Source: Candidatus Thorarchaeota archaeon
GTDB lineage: Archaea; Asgardarchaeota; Heimdallarchaeia; Hodarchaeales; Hodarchaeaceae
Reading direction: 5' to 3'
Length of the DNA stretch: 32,000 bases
Assembly (NCBI GenBank): GCA_048882505.1
Contig: JBHLRO010000024.1
Span: 1 to 32,000, forward strand
This document shows positions 15,195 through 25,599 of the stretch, one piece after another (the first letter of the stretch is position 1; each line of letters opens with the position of its first letter). The notes beneath the pieces were generated by a model. It was given only the letters and a program-made list of their open reading frames with translations. It was not told where the DNA came from and did not search any database. The position numbers and the translations under genes are program-made.

Positions 15195-17792
15195 CTAGAA
15201 TTTGATGATAGAGGAGATATGGGCGTTTGCACCATCAGCGATGGATTCTTGCTTGCTGAGAATAATTTTCTGGACATTATGCATGTTCTTAAAATCATCA
15301 GCGAAGGCGGCAAGCGCAGGAGGAATATTTAGGCTAGTGAGAGGGGCCTTGAATGATAGTTTTCTGAGTTTTTTATTTCTCCAAATTAATGAGTTAAGTT
15401 CCATGATTTTTGGAGTACGAAGATCTTCTTCTGGAGAATTAGTGCCCGATTTTGGCATCAGTTCTTTATGGATACTTTGTGAGGGCTCATAAAGTTTTTG
15501 ATAAATAGCCTCGGCTATGAACGGGGTGATAGGAGCGAGAAGCTTGAGAATGGTTTGGAAGACGTGGTGCATGGTGAAGTGGGCACTTTTGGCCGCCTCT
15601 TGATGTGAAATGTCATCACTATACGCACGAGCTTTTGCTAATTCTATATAATGGGCCGCAAAGACCGTTCGTACCCAATTGTAGATATTTATCGATGGAA
15701 TGGAGAAATCGAGTTGTCGATAACCTATATGACACCTATTGATAAGCCCATTTAGACTTGATAAAATCCATTCATCTGTGGGATATAATACGGAGGGTTG
15801 GGTGCTATTGGGAAAGGAGGAGACGAACCGGGCGATATTCCAAAGTTTGGTGATAAATTTGGTGTGGCCATTCAATTTGGCCAAAGAAAATCGAATGTCG
15901 GTTCCATGGCTACCTTGTAAACATGACGAAAGCCTGACACTATCGGCACCGCAGTAGAGATTCGGGAGTTCATTCTTCCCCTTAAATCCATTAATAATCT
16001 TCTTCTCGGCAATATACCTCCAGCTATCCATTTCGGGTTTCAAGGTTTCAGGAGTATTCACAGGTAAATTGCGGGGTTGAATGAATACCAATGGGTCTAC
16101 ACTGTTACCGAGGCTTTTGGACATTTTCCCACCAAATGGATCAAGAACAAGGCCAGATATCCATACTTGTTTGAACGCTGGTTTCTTAAAAAGATGATAA
16201 GCGCGCAGAATGGTATAGTAAAGCCAAGTTCGTACGATTTCCTTCCCTTGAGGACGAATTGAACAGGGGAAATTCTGGATGAAAAAAGACTGATCAGGAT
16301 CTTCAAAAAAGATCTCGCCATAATTGCATACAGCAAGTTCTGAGATTGAAGAATCGTACCAAGTGTCAAATGTTTTTTCCTCTCCTATGGCGTCTGCGAG
16401 CGCATTTCCACATTGAGAACACCTAGAAAGGCTAGCTGGGGGATTCTCTTTCCAAGCTTCATAATAACGATCGAGTGATTTCGGGACGTTTGGAAATTGA
16501 CATTTCTGGCAATACCAAATTGGAATTGAAGTACCGTAAAACCGGCTTCTGCTTATCGCCCAGTCCATGGATAGATCTTTCATCCAGTTCTCTAGGATAT
16601 TCTGACTAGATTGAGGATAGAAATGCATAAGCTCAGATATCTTTCTAAGCTCAGGAAGAAATTCTACCTGTTGGAGATAATATTCGTCTTGGCCGATAAT
16701 TTCGATCACTGTTTTGGATCTCCAACAAATAGGTACACGTCGAGAAATGGGTGACGATTTGATCAAGAAAGCTGCGCTTTTTAGATCAGATAGGATAGCT
16801 TCTTGTGCTTCTTTGACCGTTTTTCCTTGATACTTACCTGCTACCGAGTTTAATTTCCCATCAGTTGTAATAACGGTTTTGGGATGATTAATACCGAAAT
16901 CTCGAAGGATTTTTACGTCTGATTTATCACCATACGCACAAATCATCATGATCCCAGTACCCAATCCAGGATCAGCTTCTGGATGAGAGAATATAGGAAC
17001 TGATTTGTTATATAGAGGTGTTAATGCCTGCTTTCCCTCCAGATGAACGTAGCGGAAATCATCAGGATGATAAATTATTAGTTCACAGGCTGCAATTAGC
17101 TCTGGGCGTGTTGTGGCGATTCTGATTGCTTCATCCGAATCAACAAGATTAAACGTTATTTCATGAATTAATGAGTCATCATTTCGATATTCGATTTCCG
17201 CATCAGCTATAGTCGTCCCACAATCTATGCACCAGTTATTTGGTCTGGTAGATCTATAGATTAATCCATTATACCAAGCTTGAATAAAAGTACGTTGTGT
17301 TAGCAAACGGTATTGTGGAGAGTCTGTTTGGTAATAAATGCTGGGGGTTCCGTAAAATGGGTTACAAGATAACCCCATCCACTTCATTACTGCCAATGTG
17401 TTTTCTTCGGCTTTATCTAGCTCAGTTTTACAGATTTTAAGGAATTCCTCACGATTCATATCATGCATCGATTGACCTAGTTTACGTTCAACTTTGACCT
17501 CCACGGGAAGGCCATTTCGATCGACACAGGCTGGAAATAACACTTCATAACCCATCATTCTGTAATAGCGTGCAATCATGTCTATCTGTGCATAGTGTAT
17601 GGCAAAACCCAGATGGGCCCGACCAGAAACATATGGAGGGGGAGTATCTATGATATAAACGGGTTTACTTGTCTTAGGGTTGAACTGAAAGGTTGCATCC
17701 TTTTCCCAATAAGCAATGACATCCCGTTCGATATTCGGGTTCCAATATTTCATATCTAGCTTTGATTTAGTTTTCATTGATTTTATCTCCAT
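15195..17792 (-). CDS. valS: Valine--tRNA ligase
   Basis: IDTPPPYVSG.HLGF, TTRPE, GTG..MIC.YGD editing domain, RPQGKEIVRTW, KMSKS. True start may be the Met at 17777. Confidence 0.95.
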   Translation of the reverse strand: MEIKSMKTKSKLDMKYWNPNIERDVIAYWEKDATFQFNPKTSKPVYIIDTPPPYVSGRAHLGFAIHYAQIDMIARYYRMMGYEVLFPACVDRNGLPVEVKVERKLGQSMHDMNREEFLKICKTELDKAEENTLAVMKWMGLSCNPFYGTPSIYYQTDSPQYRLLTQRTFIQAWYNGLIYRSTRPNNWCIDCGTTIADAEIEYRNDDSLIHEITFNLVDSDEAIRIATTRPELIAACELIIYHPDDFRYVHLEGKQALTPLYNKSVPIFSHPEADPGLGTGIMMICAYGDKSDVKILRDFGINHPKTVITTDGKLNSVAGKYQGKTVKEAQEAILSDLKSAAFLIKSSPISRRVPICWRSKTVIEIIGQDEYYLQQVEFLPELRKISELMHFYPQSSQNILENWMKDLSMDWAISRSRFYGTSIPIWYCQKCQFPNVPKSLDRYYEAWKENPPASLSRCSQCGNALADAIGEEKTFDTWYDSSISELAVCNYGEIFFEDPDQSFFIQNFPCSIRPQGKEIVRTWLYYTILRAYHLFKKPAFKQVWISGLVLDPFGGKMSKSLGNSVDPLVFIQPRNLPVNTPETLKPEMDSWRYIAEKKIINGFKGKNELPNLYCGADSVRLSSCLQGSHGTDIRFSLAKLNGHTKFITKLWNIARFVSSFPNSTQPSVLYPTDEWILSSLNGLINRCHIGYRQLDFSIPSINIYNWVRTVFAAHYIELAKARAYSDDISHQEAAKSAHFTMHHVFQTILKLLAPITPFIAEAIYQKLYEPSQSIHKELMPKSGTNSPEEDLRTPKIMELNSLIWRNKKLRKLSFKAPLTSLNIPPALAAFADDFKNMHNVQKIILSKQESIADGANAHISSIIKF

Positions 17793-17988
17793 CAGAACAG
17801 AGACCGTGGCATAAAGCCCCCTTCAGAAGTCCTAAGAAAAAAAATTCAGCTGATTTTGGGGATAAAAGGATATAAACAAGATCTTCTTCTCCCAATAATC
17901 CATTCCATCTCTGTTGAGAGCTGCGAGAAAAGAGCGTTACGGGAAATGGTGTTGTTTCACACGAGGCCATGATTGAGGGATCTAACAA
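17767..17988 (-). CDS. Possible small hypothetical protein
   Basis: Stop overlaps the valS start region as in coupled genes, but there is no recognisable motif or good start. Confidence 0.2.
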   Translation of the reverse strand: MLDPSIMASCETTPFPVTLFSRSSQQRWNGLLGEEDLVYILLSPKSAEFFFLGLLKGALCHGLCSDGDKINEN

Positions 17989-18125
17989 AGCGATCCCGGC
18001 TGGTAGATACCACTATTTCACCATTCGTTTCTGGAAAACACAGCTTTAAAAAGCCGTCTATTATTGATCGTGGTTGCTTGATAGCAAGATAAAAAGCTTT
18101 GCATGGATTGCGTGAGAATAAAGGC

Positions 18126-19229
18126 ATGAGTCGAGATATTTTAGCAGAAGAACAACTTAAATTTGAAATAATACGCGTTCTTTCCCGTTACTTCCTCCGT
18201 CAAATTGAAGATCTAGTTAGAACTAAAACAGGGGCTTTCTTTCCCGTAGAAAAAATCGAAAATATAGAGCTAGGCCGAAGGCTGGGGAAACGGAGGGAAT
18301 TGCAGTTAGCGACGCTCACGGTTCGAGATGCAATTTCTGATCGCAAATTCAGTTTCGAACTTGCCTTTAAGTTCCATGCAGATCAAGATGCCGCTATCAA
18401 GGAGGGAAATGGGGCGTTATGGCTAGGAGATGTCTTAAAGAACAATTTTAAGGTGCACACACCACAATTACTGTATTTATCTAGAGAAAGCTCGCTATTA
18501 ATTTATGAGGGAGTTCAAGCAAAGGAATTCTATGACAGTGAGCTTGGAGAACACGAAAAACTGCTTTTAGCTGGCATGGCACTACCTTATGTTCATGGCA
18601 TTTTCAAACAGAGGGTGCAAGTGGATCGCTATCTCCACCTAATTTCAGGGGTAACCGCTGGTTTACGAATGTCACCAGATGAGAAAACAGAGTTTAATTC
18701 TCTTTTTAAACCGTTCCTCCGTCATATAGGCATCAGCGAAGCGGGTGGGAATTGTTTTGGTGATTTCCATCCCGGAAATATTATGTTTCAACATGGCGGG
18801 GATATAAATGCATCTACGAGTAATACGGGGAATGTAGTGGTAGATCACACCCATATTTTTTTAATTGATCCAGCTTTTTTAGATAATGAAGGAAACGTTG
18901 ATAGAACTGAGGACATCGGGACTTTTTTTTCAAAAATTGCTTCGAATGAATGGTTATTGAACCAATCATTTGACACTAGTATAGGCCAAATTGAGCAATT
19001 CGTTAAAGGTTACAATTACATCACCCAAATGAACGGTACAACGTTACAGGATTATTATGTGGACGGAAAACCCTCTTTCGATTTTCAAATTGGGTTGGGA
19101 ATCCTGCTTGATACCTTATATAAAATGAAAACACCTGGTGGAGATTTTGGAACCAAAACAAGCACTAATATTGAGGCGGCCAAACAGATTTTGACTCGAC
19201 AGCCGTTTGAAGCAGTCGAACCTGCCTAG
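18126..19229 (+). CDS. Aminoglycoside-phosphotransferase / choline-kinase-like protein
   Basis: GDFHPGNIMF (Brenner-type catalytic loop), FLIDP (DFG equivalent), DIGTF. ATG 18126 preferred over TTG 18099. Confidence 0.72.
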   Translation: MSRDILAEEQLKFEIIRVLSRYFLRQIEDLVRTKTGAFFPVEKIENIELGRRLGKRRELQLATLTVRDAISDRKFSFELAFKFHADQDAAIKEGNGALWLGDVLKNNFKVHTPQLLYLSRESSLLIYEGVQAKEFYDSELGEHEKLLLAGMALPYVHGIFKQRVQVDRYLHLISGVTAGLRMSPDEKTEFNSLFKPFLRHIGISEAGGNCFGDFHPGNIMFQHGGDINASTSNTGNVVVDHTHIFLIDPAFLDNEGNVDRTEDIGTFFSKIASNEWLLNQSFDTSIGQIEQFVKGYNYITQMNGTTLQDYYVDGKPSFDFQIGLGILLDTLYKMKTPGGDFGTKTSTNIEAAKQILTRQPFEAVEPA

Positions 19230-19426
19230 CCATATTTTTGTTATTTTCGACAGACTCTTAACAAAATATTAGAAGGACTGAGAATTTTCGCACTACCTGC
19301 CTTTAAGGTAGTCCTCCATCCCGTCTTCCTAGACGATAGGGTGCTAAATTTAGGTACCTGGCGTTAATAGTTTTAATAGTTTTTTTCGCAAGGATTAATA
19401 GAGATACTCGGGGCGTTTGCTTGAAT

Positions 19427-22400
19427 ATGGAAAAACTTTCCAATGATGATAAATGGGTTGTCTTGCGGGCGATGTACAACGAGTTTGGCCTAGTTAGACA
19501 ACATTTACTGTCGTTTAATGAATTTATTTCTCTTTCATTAAATGAAATTGTTAGGGAAAGACCCAAAATTGAACCTGATATTGAGGGCTTTTACGTCAAG
19601 CTGGAAGGGGTGGAATTAGGAACTCCATCAGTAAAAGAAGCAGATGGTTCTGAACGCACAATTTACCCTATGGAGGCGCGTATCCGAAACTTAATTTATT
19701 CCAGCCCATTAAATTTAAAAATGAAACCAGTATATGTGGATGCCGGCATAGAGAAAGAAGAAGAGGAGGTAACCGCATATATCGGGCGATTACCCATTAT
19801 GTTGAAATCAGAGGCATGCCTTCTAAACAATTTGCCTCGTGATGAATTGATTCGACTCGGAGAAGATCCAGAAGATCCTGGAGGATATTTCATTATAAAT
19901 GGATCAGAACGAGTAATTGTTACCCAGGAGTATCTTGTAAGTAATCGCGTGTTAGTTGACGAGGGGAGAAAGGGTTCATCGACAACCGCCGTTGCAAAAG
20001 TCTTCAGTACCGTTGCAGGATTTCGATCCCTAGTGTCAGTTCAGCGTAGGAAAGATGGGCGGTTATTGGTCAATTTCTTTAGTGTTCCGCGTCCCCTTCC
20101 ACTTGCGGTTTTGATTAAGGCATTAGGGGTGACCATAGATCGTGATATTGCCAATCTTGTAACCAATGATCCTGAAATTATTCAAGAATTATTGCCCACT
20201 CTTAGAGAAGCCGCAGAGATCATTGATCAGGAAGAAGCTTTGGATTTCATTGGTAAACGTGTGGCTGTGGGGCAAACTAAACAATACCGTATACTCCGGG
20301 CGAAACAGGTTCTTGACAACTATTTATTGCCTCATGTAGGAAAGGATGAGAGATTCCGCCCCCAGAAAGCCCTTTACCTCGCACAGATGGCGCTTAAAGT
20401 CATCCAACTTAATTTAGGTCATACTATGCTAGATGACAAAGATCATTATGCTAATAAACGCCTAAAACTTGCAGGAGAGATGTTAACCAGTCTTTTTCGA
20501 GTTGCTTTTCATTCGCTTTACCGAGATATCAAATATCAATTGGAGAAAGGCGCCCGGAGGGGGAAGCTCCCCAATCTCCGTGTTGCAATGCGGGCCGATG
20601 TCATCACAGAACGTATTCGCCACGCCCTCGCAACGGGAAATTGGGTAGGAGGAAAGGCAGGAGTATCTCAGCTTCTGGACCGTACCAACTATATGTCTAC
20701 GTATAGCCATTTACGCAGAGTAATCAGTCCCTTAATCCGAAGTCAGGCGCATTTTGAAGCTCGTGATCTTCACTCGACGCATTGGGGTAAAATTTGCCCC
20801 AATGAAACTCCTGAAGGCCCAAATTGTGGATTAGTCAAGAATTTGGCGATGCAGGCTTATATTTCAGTAGGAACCGATGAAAACAAGGTAATTGATTTCA
20901 TCATACAGAATTGTAAGATTACCCCTGTATCCGAAACCATTGATCACGAAGGGGTTCACATTCTTGTGAATGGAAATCTGATTGCTACAACACGTGAACC
21001 AGAAATAACTTTCGATATGATCCGTGAGGCCCGCAGAGCCTCCAAACTGAGTCATGAAATTAATTTGGCCTATTTTGATGAAAACAAGGTCATATCCATA
21101 AATACAGATGAAGGGCGTGTTCGGCGCCCTCTGATTATCTTGGATCCGAAAGGTGAGGGATCGGAGGAACCGGCCATACCCAGGTTAAAAACCTCTCATA
21201 TTGAAAAGATAAAAAGAGAAGATGCTAAATTTTCGGATCTTCTTAAGGATGGGGTCATTGAATTTCTAGATGCAGAGGAAGAGGAAAACGCCTTTATTGC
21301 CATGACATTGGACGAGATTGGTTCACATCATACTCATGTTGAAATCTCCCCTTCAGCCATTTTAGGTATTTGTGCCTCAATTATTCCGTATGCAGAACAC
21401 AATCAATCCCCTCGTAATACCTACGAAGCAGGTATGACTAAACAAGCCTTGGGTTTGTATGCTTCAAATTTCTACTTCCGAACCGATCGTCGTTCTCATA
21501 TTCTGCAAGCTCCACAGATCCCCCTTGTAGGGAGTAAGTCCATGGAGGTTATCGGATTTAACGATAGACCTGCCGGTCAAAACTTTATTGTTGCCATTTT
21601 AAGTTTTCAAGGGTATAATATCGAAGATGCAATTATCCTGAATCGTGCCAGCATTCAACGTGGTCTCGCGCGAAGTCATTTCTTTCGCTCTTATGTTGGA
21701 GAAGAAAAAAAGTATCTAGGGGGTCAGGAGGATCGATTTGAGATTCCTCAAAAAGGCGTACGCGGGTATAGGGCAAAAGAAGTTTATCGTCATCTTTCAG
21801 AAGTCGATGGAATTATTGAACCAGAGATAGAAGTTGGGGGTGGTGATATTTTAATAGGACGAACTTCTAGGCCTCGATTTTTAGAAGAATATATTGATTT
21901 AGAACCGTTAGAAGCATCCACCCCACAGCGGCGAGAAACAAGCGTGGCTATCCGTCATGGAGAAAAAGGAATCGTTGACTCAGTTATCCTGACTGAAACC
22001 TCAGAGGGCAGCACACTAGTAAAAATCAAGGTTCGTGACCAGCGCATTCCTGAGTTAGGAGACAAATTCGCTTCGCGACATGGACAAAAAGGAATTATCG
22101 GGCACATTGTACCCCAAGAAGATATGCCGTTCACTGAACATGGAATTGTCCCCGATCTTATCATTAATCCTCACGCCATCCCATCTAGGATGACATTGGG
22201 TCAGATTATTGAATGTATGAGCGCTATAGTTGCCTGTTATGATGGTAACCAAATTGATGCCACTTTATTTGAAGCACCTGATCCTGAAGATATAGCATCT
22301 AGGCTTCGTAGTCTTGGATTTCATCCTTACGCCGAATCCGTGATGTATGATGGTATGACGGGGCATAAACTTCCCGCTCGGATTTTTATTGGTCCCACGT

Positions 22401-22846
22401 ATTATCAAAAACTGCATCACCTAGTGGCTGACAAAATACACGCTCGGGCAAGAGGACCGATCCAGATTTTGACTCGACAACCGACCGAGGGCCGTGCCAG
22501 AGAAGGTGGACTTCGTTTTGGCGAAATGGAAAGAGATTGTTTGATTGGGCATGGAGCGGCCTTGTTGCTCAAAGAACGTCTCCTGGAAGAATCCGATAAG
22601 ACAGAGATATTCATTTGCGAAAAATGCGGGCTAATTGCAACCTTTAATCGTAAAAAGGATCAAACATACTGTGCAATTTGCGGAAATGTAGATACGGGGA
22701 TTTACAAAATTGCAATTTCCTATGCCTTTAAATTACTCCTTCAGGAACTTATGAGTCTTACAATAAAGCCGCAGCTAATTCTCGACGAAGCTACAGGACA
22801 ATCTGAGGAAACTCCGTACGAATCAGAAAGCACAATTTCATCCTAG
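19427..22846 (+). CDS. rpoB: DNA-directed RNA polymerase subunit B (unsplit Rpo2)
   Basis: GYFIINGSER, CPNETPEGPNCGLVKN, GDKFASRHGQKG, GGLRFGEMERD, C-terminal C4 Zn ribbon. ATG 19427 (ORF track TTG 19421). Confidence 0.99.
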   Translation: MEKLSNDDKWVVLRAMYNEFGLVRQHLLSFNEFISLSLNEIVRERPKIEPDIEGFYVKLEGVELGTPSVKEADGSERTIYPMEARIRNLIYSSPLNLKMKPVYVDAGIEKEEEEVTAYIGRLPIMLKSEACLLNNLPRDELIRLGEDPEDPGGYFIINGSERVIVTQEYLVSNRVLVDEGRKGSSTTAVAKVFSTVAGFRSLVSVQRRKDGRLLVNFFSVPRPLPLAVLIKALGVTIDRDIANLVTNDPEIIQELLPTLREAAEIIDQEEALDFIGKRVAVGQTKQYRILRAKQVLDNYLLPHVGKDERFRPQKALYLAQMALKVIQLNLGHTMLDDKDHYANKRLKLAGEMLTSLFRVAFHSLYRDIKYQLEKGARRGKLPNLRVAMRADVITERIRHALATGNWVGGKAGVSQLLDRTNYMSTYSHLRRVISPLIRSQAHFEARDLHSTHWGKICPNETPEGPNCGLVKNLAMQAYISVGTDENKVIDFIIQNCKITPVSETIDHEGVHILVNGNLIATTREPEITFDMIREARRASKLSHEINLAYFDENKVISINTDEGRVRRPLIILDPKGEGSEEPAIPRLKTSHIEKIKREDAKFSDLLKDGVIEFLDAEEEENAFIAMTLDEIGSHHTHVEISPSAILGICASIIPYAEHNQSPRNTYEAGMTKQALGLYASNFYFRTDRRSHILQAPQIPLVGSKSMEVIGFNDRPAGQNFIVAILSFQGYNIEDAIILNRASIQRGLARSHFFRSYVGEEKKYLGGQEDRFEIPQKGVRGYRAKEVYRHLSEVDGIIEPEIEVGGGDILIGRTSRPRFLEEYIDLEPLEASTPQRRETSVAIRHGEKGIVDSVILTETSEGSTLVKIKVRDQRIPELGDKFASRHGQKGIIGHIVPQEDMPFTEHGIVPDLIINPHAIPSRMTLGQIIECMSAIVACYDGNQIDATLFEAPDPEDIASRLRSLGFHPYAESVMYDGMTGHKLPARIFIGPTYYQKLHHLVADKIHARARGPIQILTRQPTEGRAREGGLRFGEMERDCLIGHGAALLLKERLLEESDKTEIFICEKCGLIATFNRKKDQTYCAICGNVDTGIYKIAISYAFKLLLQELMSLTIKPQLILDEATGQSEETPYESESTISS

Positions 22847-22893
22847 AAAAATAGCCCATTAGAAGAAATCTAACTGAGAAACTTGTGACCATC

Positions 22894-23094
22894 ATGTCAA
22901 CTGATAGCAGTAGATTGGGAACTGCTAGTTTTTATAAGCGTTCTCGGCGTATCCTACGTCTAGCAAAGAAGCCAGACCGATCTGAGGTATTTATGGTGAT
23001 TAAGATTACTTTGGCTGGTATGGTGATCTTAGGATTGGTTGCGTTCCTCATTAGAATTGTCATTTTTTTCGTATTGGGGAAAAGTTTTACGTAG
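22894..23094 (+). CDS. secE: Protein translocase subunit SecE/Sec61-gamma
   Basis: RILRLAKKPDRSE followed by one TM helix; directly upstream of spt5. Confidence 0.9.
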   Translation: MSTDSSRLGTASFYKRSRRILRLAKKPDRSEVFMVIKITLAGMVILGLVAFLIRIVIFFVLGKSFT

Positions 23095-23105
23095 ATAGGT
23101 GGTCC

Positions 23106-23585
23106 GTGGTTTCTATGTTGGATCGCAAGGCGATTCTATGTTATAAGGTGAAAAAAGGGCAAGAGATGAATACCGCTGAAATTATAGCCAGGCGTGCTGA
23201 ATTACATGGCTATGATATCAGGACAATCCTTGTAACGGAAATACAAGGCTATATCTTCTTCGAAGGGGATGTAGAGGACATAACAAAGGCAGTTGATAAT
23301 GCACAGTATGTGGGTAAATTACTGGGCCGCGTTTCAGTAGGGGAAATCGAGAATCATCTGCTACCCGCCCCAGTTATTGATGGTTTAAAGAAAGGAGATA
23401 TTGTAGAGATTATAGATGGCCCATTTAAAGGATCCAACGCTCGAATTACTTCTATCTATCATTCACGAGAGGAAATCACTGTAGACTTGATGACAAGTAG
23501 TGTGACGATTCCCATCGTTCTCCATGCGGATACAGTTAAATTAATTCAACCCAGTCAAGAAGAAGAAGAAGAGCTGAGTCTCTAG
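23106..23585 (+). CDS. spt5: Transcription elongation factor Spt5/NusG
   Basis: NGN domain (GQE, QGYIFFE) and KOW motif (GDIVEIIDGPFKG). Confidence 0.95.
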   Translation: MVSMLDRKAILCYKVKKGQEMNTAEIIARRAELHGYDIRTILVTEIQGYIFFEGDVEDITKAVDNAQYVGKLLGRVSVGEIENHLLPAPVIDGLKKGDIVEIIDGPFKGSNARITSIYHSREEITVDLMTSSVTIPIVLHADTVKLIQPSQEEEEELSL

Positions 23586-23673
23586 GTTTATGTACTTGGA
23601 GCTGCCGATTTGTCGGAATTCTAGGTAACCGTAAAAAACCCGAATAAAAAAAGCCGAAAAATGGGTAGATGGC

Positions 23674-24585
23674 ATGGCGACGAGTGTTGCTGAATTTTCA
23701 TCGGGCCTGGCAAGAAAACAGGCACAAATCACGTCGATCAGAGACTTGATCTCTCAGAACGCAAACATTGCGATAGCAGATCTGAGTGGTATCTCTTCCA
23801 AGGCACTGCAAGGAATTAGGAGATCATTGAGATCAGGTGATGTTACTGCCACTATTAAAATCGCAAAAAATACGTTGAAATCCCTAGCGTTCGAGAAATT
23901 GGCAAGGGAGTCAGGTAACAAGGATCTCACCAAACTCATCCCTTATATTAGAGGTTCCTGTGCCTTAGTTTTCTTTAATACCAATCCATTCAAAATGCAG
24001 AAATTCCTGGATCAGAATCGAGTACCAGCTCCAGCAAAGGCAGGCCAAATTTCTTCGGTGGATGTTTATGTACCAGAAGGGGCAACCAATCTGGAGCCAG
24101 GGCCGATTATAAGTGAACTTGGGGCTGTTGGATTGGCAACAAGGATAGAACGTGGTAAAATAAAAATCACGAAAACGACAAAGGTATTGTCAGTTGGGGA
24201 AACAGTAACAGAAACACTGGCTGCAGTACTGACTCGACTTGGAATTCAACCATTCAAGGTGGGCTTGGAGCTTGGCGTCGTCTTAGAAGACGGAGGACTC
24301 ATTGATGGAGCAGTCCTCAAGGTTGATAAGGAGAAGGTGGTGGCAGATCTACAAAGAGCATATGTAGATGCCATTGCATTGGCCATTCATCCTGAAGTCG
24401 CGTATTATGCTGAAAATACAATTGGTTTACTTATGAGAAAGGCAGTTCTGCATGCACTCACACTCTCATTAGTTACCGGTTATGTGACAAACAAAACAAC
24501 AATACCTCTCCTAACTAAATCACGTAGTCAAGCCTTAATGCTAAAAGAGGCAATTAAAAAGAAGAATCCTGAGATTGAACTTTAA
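23674..24585 (+). CDS. rpl10: 50S ribosomal protein uL10 (P0)
   Basis: KIAKNTL, TNPF, APAKAGQI, TNLEPGPIISEL. 303 aa with no acidic C-terminal tail. Confidence 0.95.
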   Translation: MATSVAEFSSGLARKQAQITSIRDLISQNANIAIADLSGISSKALQGIRRSLRSGDVTATIKIAKNTLKSLAFEKLARESGNKDLTKLIPYIRGSCALVFFNTNPFKMQKFLDQNRVPAPAKAGQISSVDVYVPEGATNLEPGPIISELGAVGLATRIERGKIKITKTTKVLSVGETVTETLAAVLTRLGIQPFKVGLELGVVLEDGGLIDGAVLKVDKEKVVADLQRAYVDAIALAIHPEVAYYAENTIGLLMRKAVLHALTLSLVTGYVTNKTTIPLLTKSRSQALMLKEAIKKKNPEIEL

Positions 24586-24642
24586 GCATGAATCGAGATT
24601 TAATCTCTGTATCAATCCTGCGTGTAATCATTTTCTCGGGAT

Positions 24643-25569
24643 TTAGACTCTTAAAAGCTGCGTCACATAATCTTTTGGATCAAACGGCTGTAAATCATCA
24701 TATTTTTGCCCATTTCCAATGAACAATACGGGGATACCTCCCGTTGCGTGTGTAATCGATATTAAAGCTCCGCCACGAGCATCTGCATCCATTTTCGCGA
24801 GAATTACCCCATTAAGGGGGATGTGTTTATTGAAATCTATGGCCTGGTTTGTCGCATCGTTACCAGCAAGGGCATCTACCACAAGGATTGTGAAATCAGG
24901 ATTTGTAACACGATGAATTTTTTTCATTTCTTCCATTAGATCACGGTTCACAGCCATTCGACCGGATGTATCAATGATGACTACATCAGCGTATTTTGCT
25001 TTAGCATGAGCGATGGCATCATATGCCACTGCTGCTGAGTCCCCACCATATTTTCCTGAGATCATTCTAACCCCAATTTTGTCAGCATGGGTCTTAAGTT
25101 GTTCTTGGGCACCGGAACGGAATGTATCACTTCCTGCAAGCACGACCCGTAAATTCCTTTTTTTCAAGAGGTAAGCAAGTTTGGCAATCGTAGTCGTTTT
25201 TCCCGTCCCGTTAATTCCGAGAAAGAGGATAACCATTGGATTAATGTGTCTTTCTAGCTTTTTTGTCTCTTTATGACGAGTTAAAATCTCAAAAAGGTCT
25301 ATTGGGGTTTTGGAGGTAACAATATCCACCAAAATGGGTTTTGCCGCATCTAGGATCAATTTCGAAAGATCACTAAATCGTTTCGCACGTCTCCCATGCA
25401 AAGCCGCAATAAGCTTTTTGGAGATTTGCTTGGCAACTGCTAAAGATACGTCGTTAGAGATGAGAAGTTGTTCGAATCCTCTAATTGCGTTTTGTATGTT
25501 CTTTTCAGTGATTTCACGGGTCGAAATCCTTGTTAGGAATGCATTTAGCCCCGATTTCAGCATAGACAT
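24643..25569 (-). CDS. ftsY: SRP receptor FtsY
   Basis: GINGTGKTTTIAKLA, DTFRSGAQEQL, DTSGR, KMDADARGG, GQKYDDL. Confidence 0.96.
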   Translation of the reverse strand: MSMLKSGLNAFLTRISTREITEKNIQNAIRGFEQLLISNDVSLAVAKQISKKLIAALHGRRAKRFSDLSKLILDAAKPILVDIVTSKTPIDLFEILTRHKETKKLERHINPMVILFLGINGTGKTTTIAKLAYLLKKRNLRVVLAGSDTFRSGAQEQLKTHADKIGVRMISGKYGGDSAAVAYDAIAHAKAKYADVVIIDTSGRMAVNRDLMEEMKKIHRVTNPDFTILVVDALAGNDATNQAIDFNKHIPLNGVILAKMDADARGGALISITHATGGIPVLFIGNGQKYDDLQPFDPKDYVTQLLRV

Positions 25570-25599
25570 GGGAATTATGCAACCAAAAAGATCTCTGTC

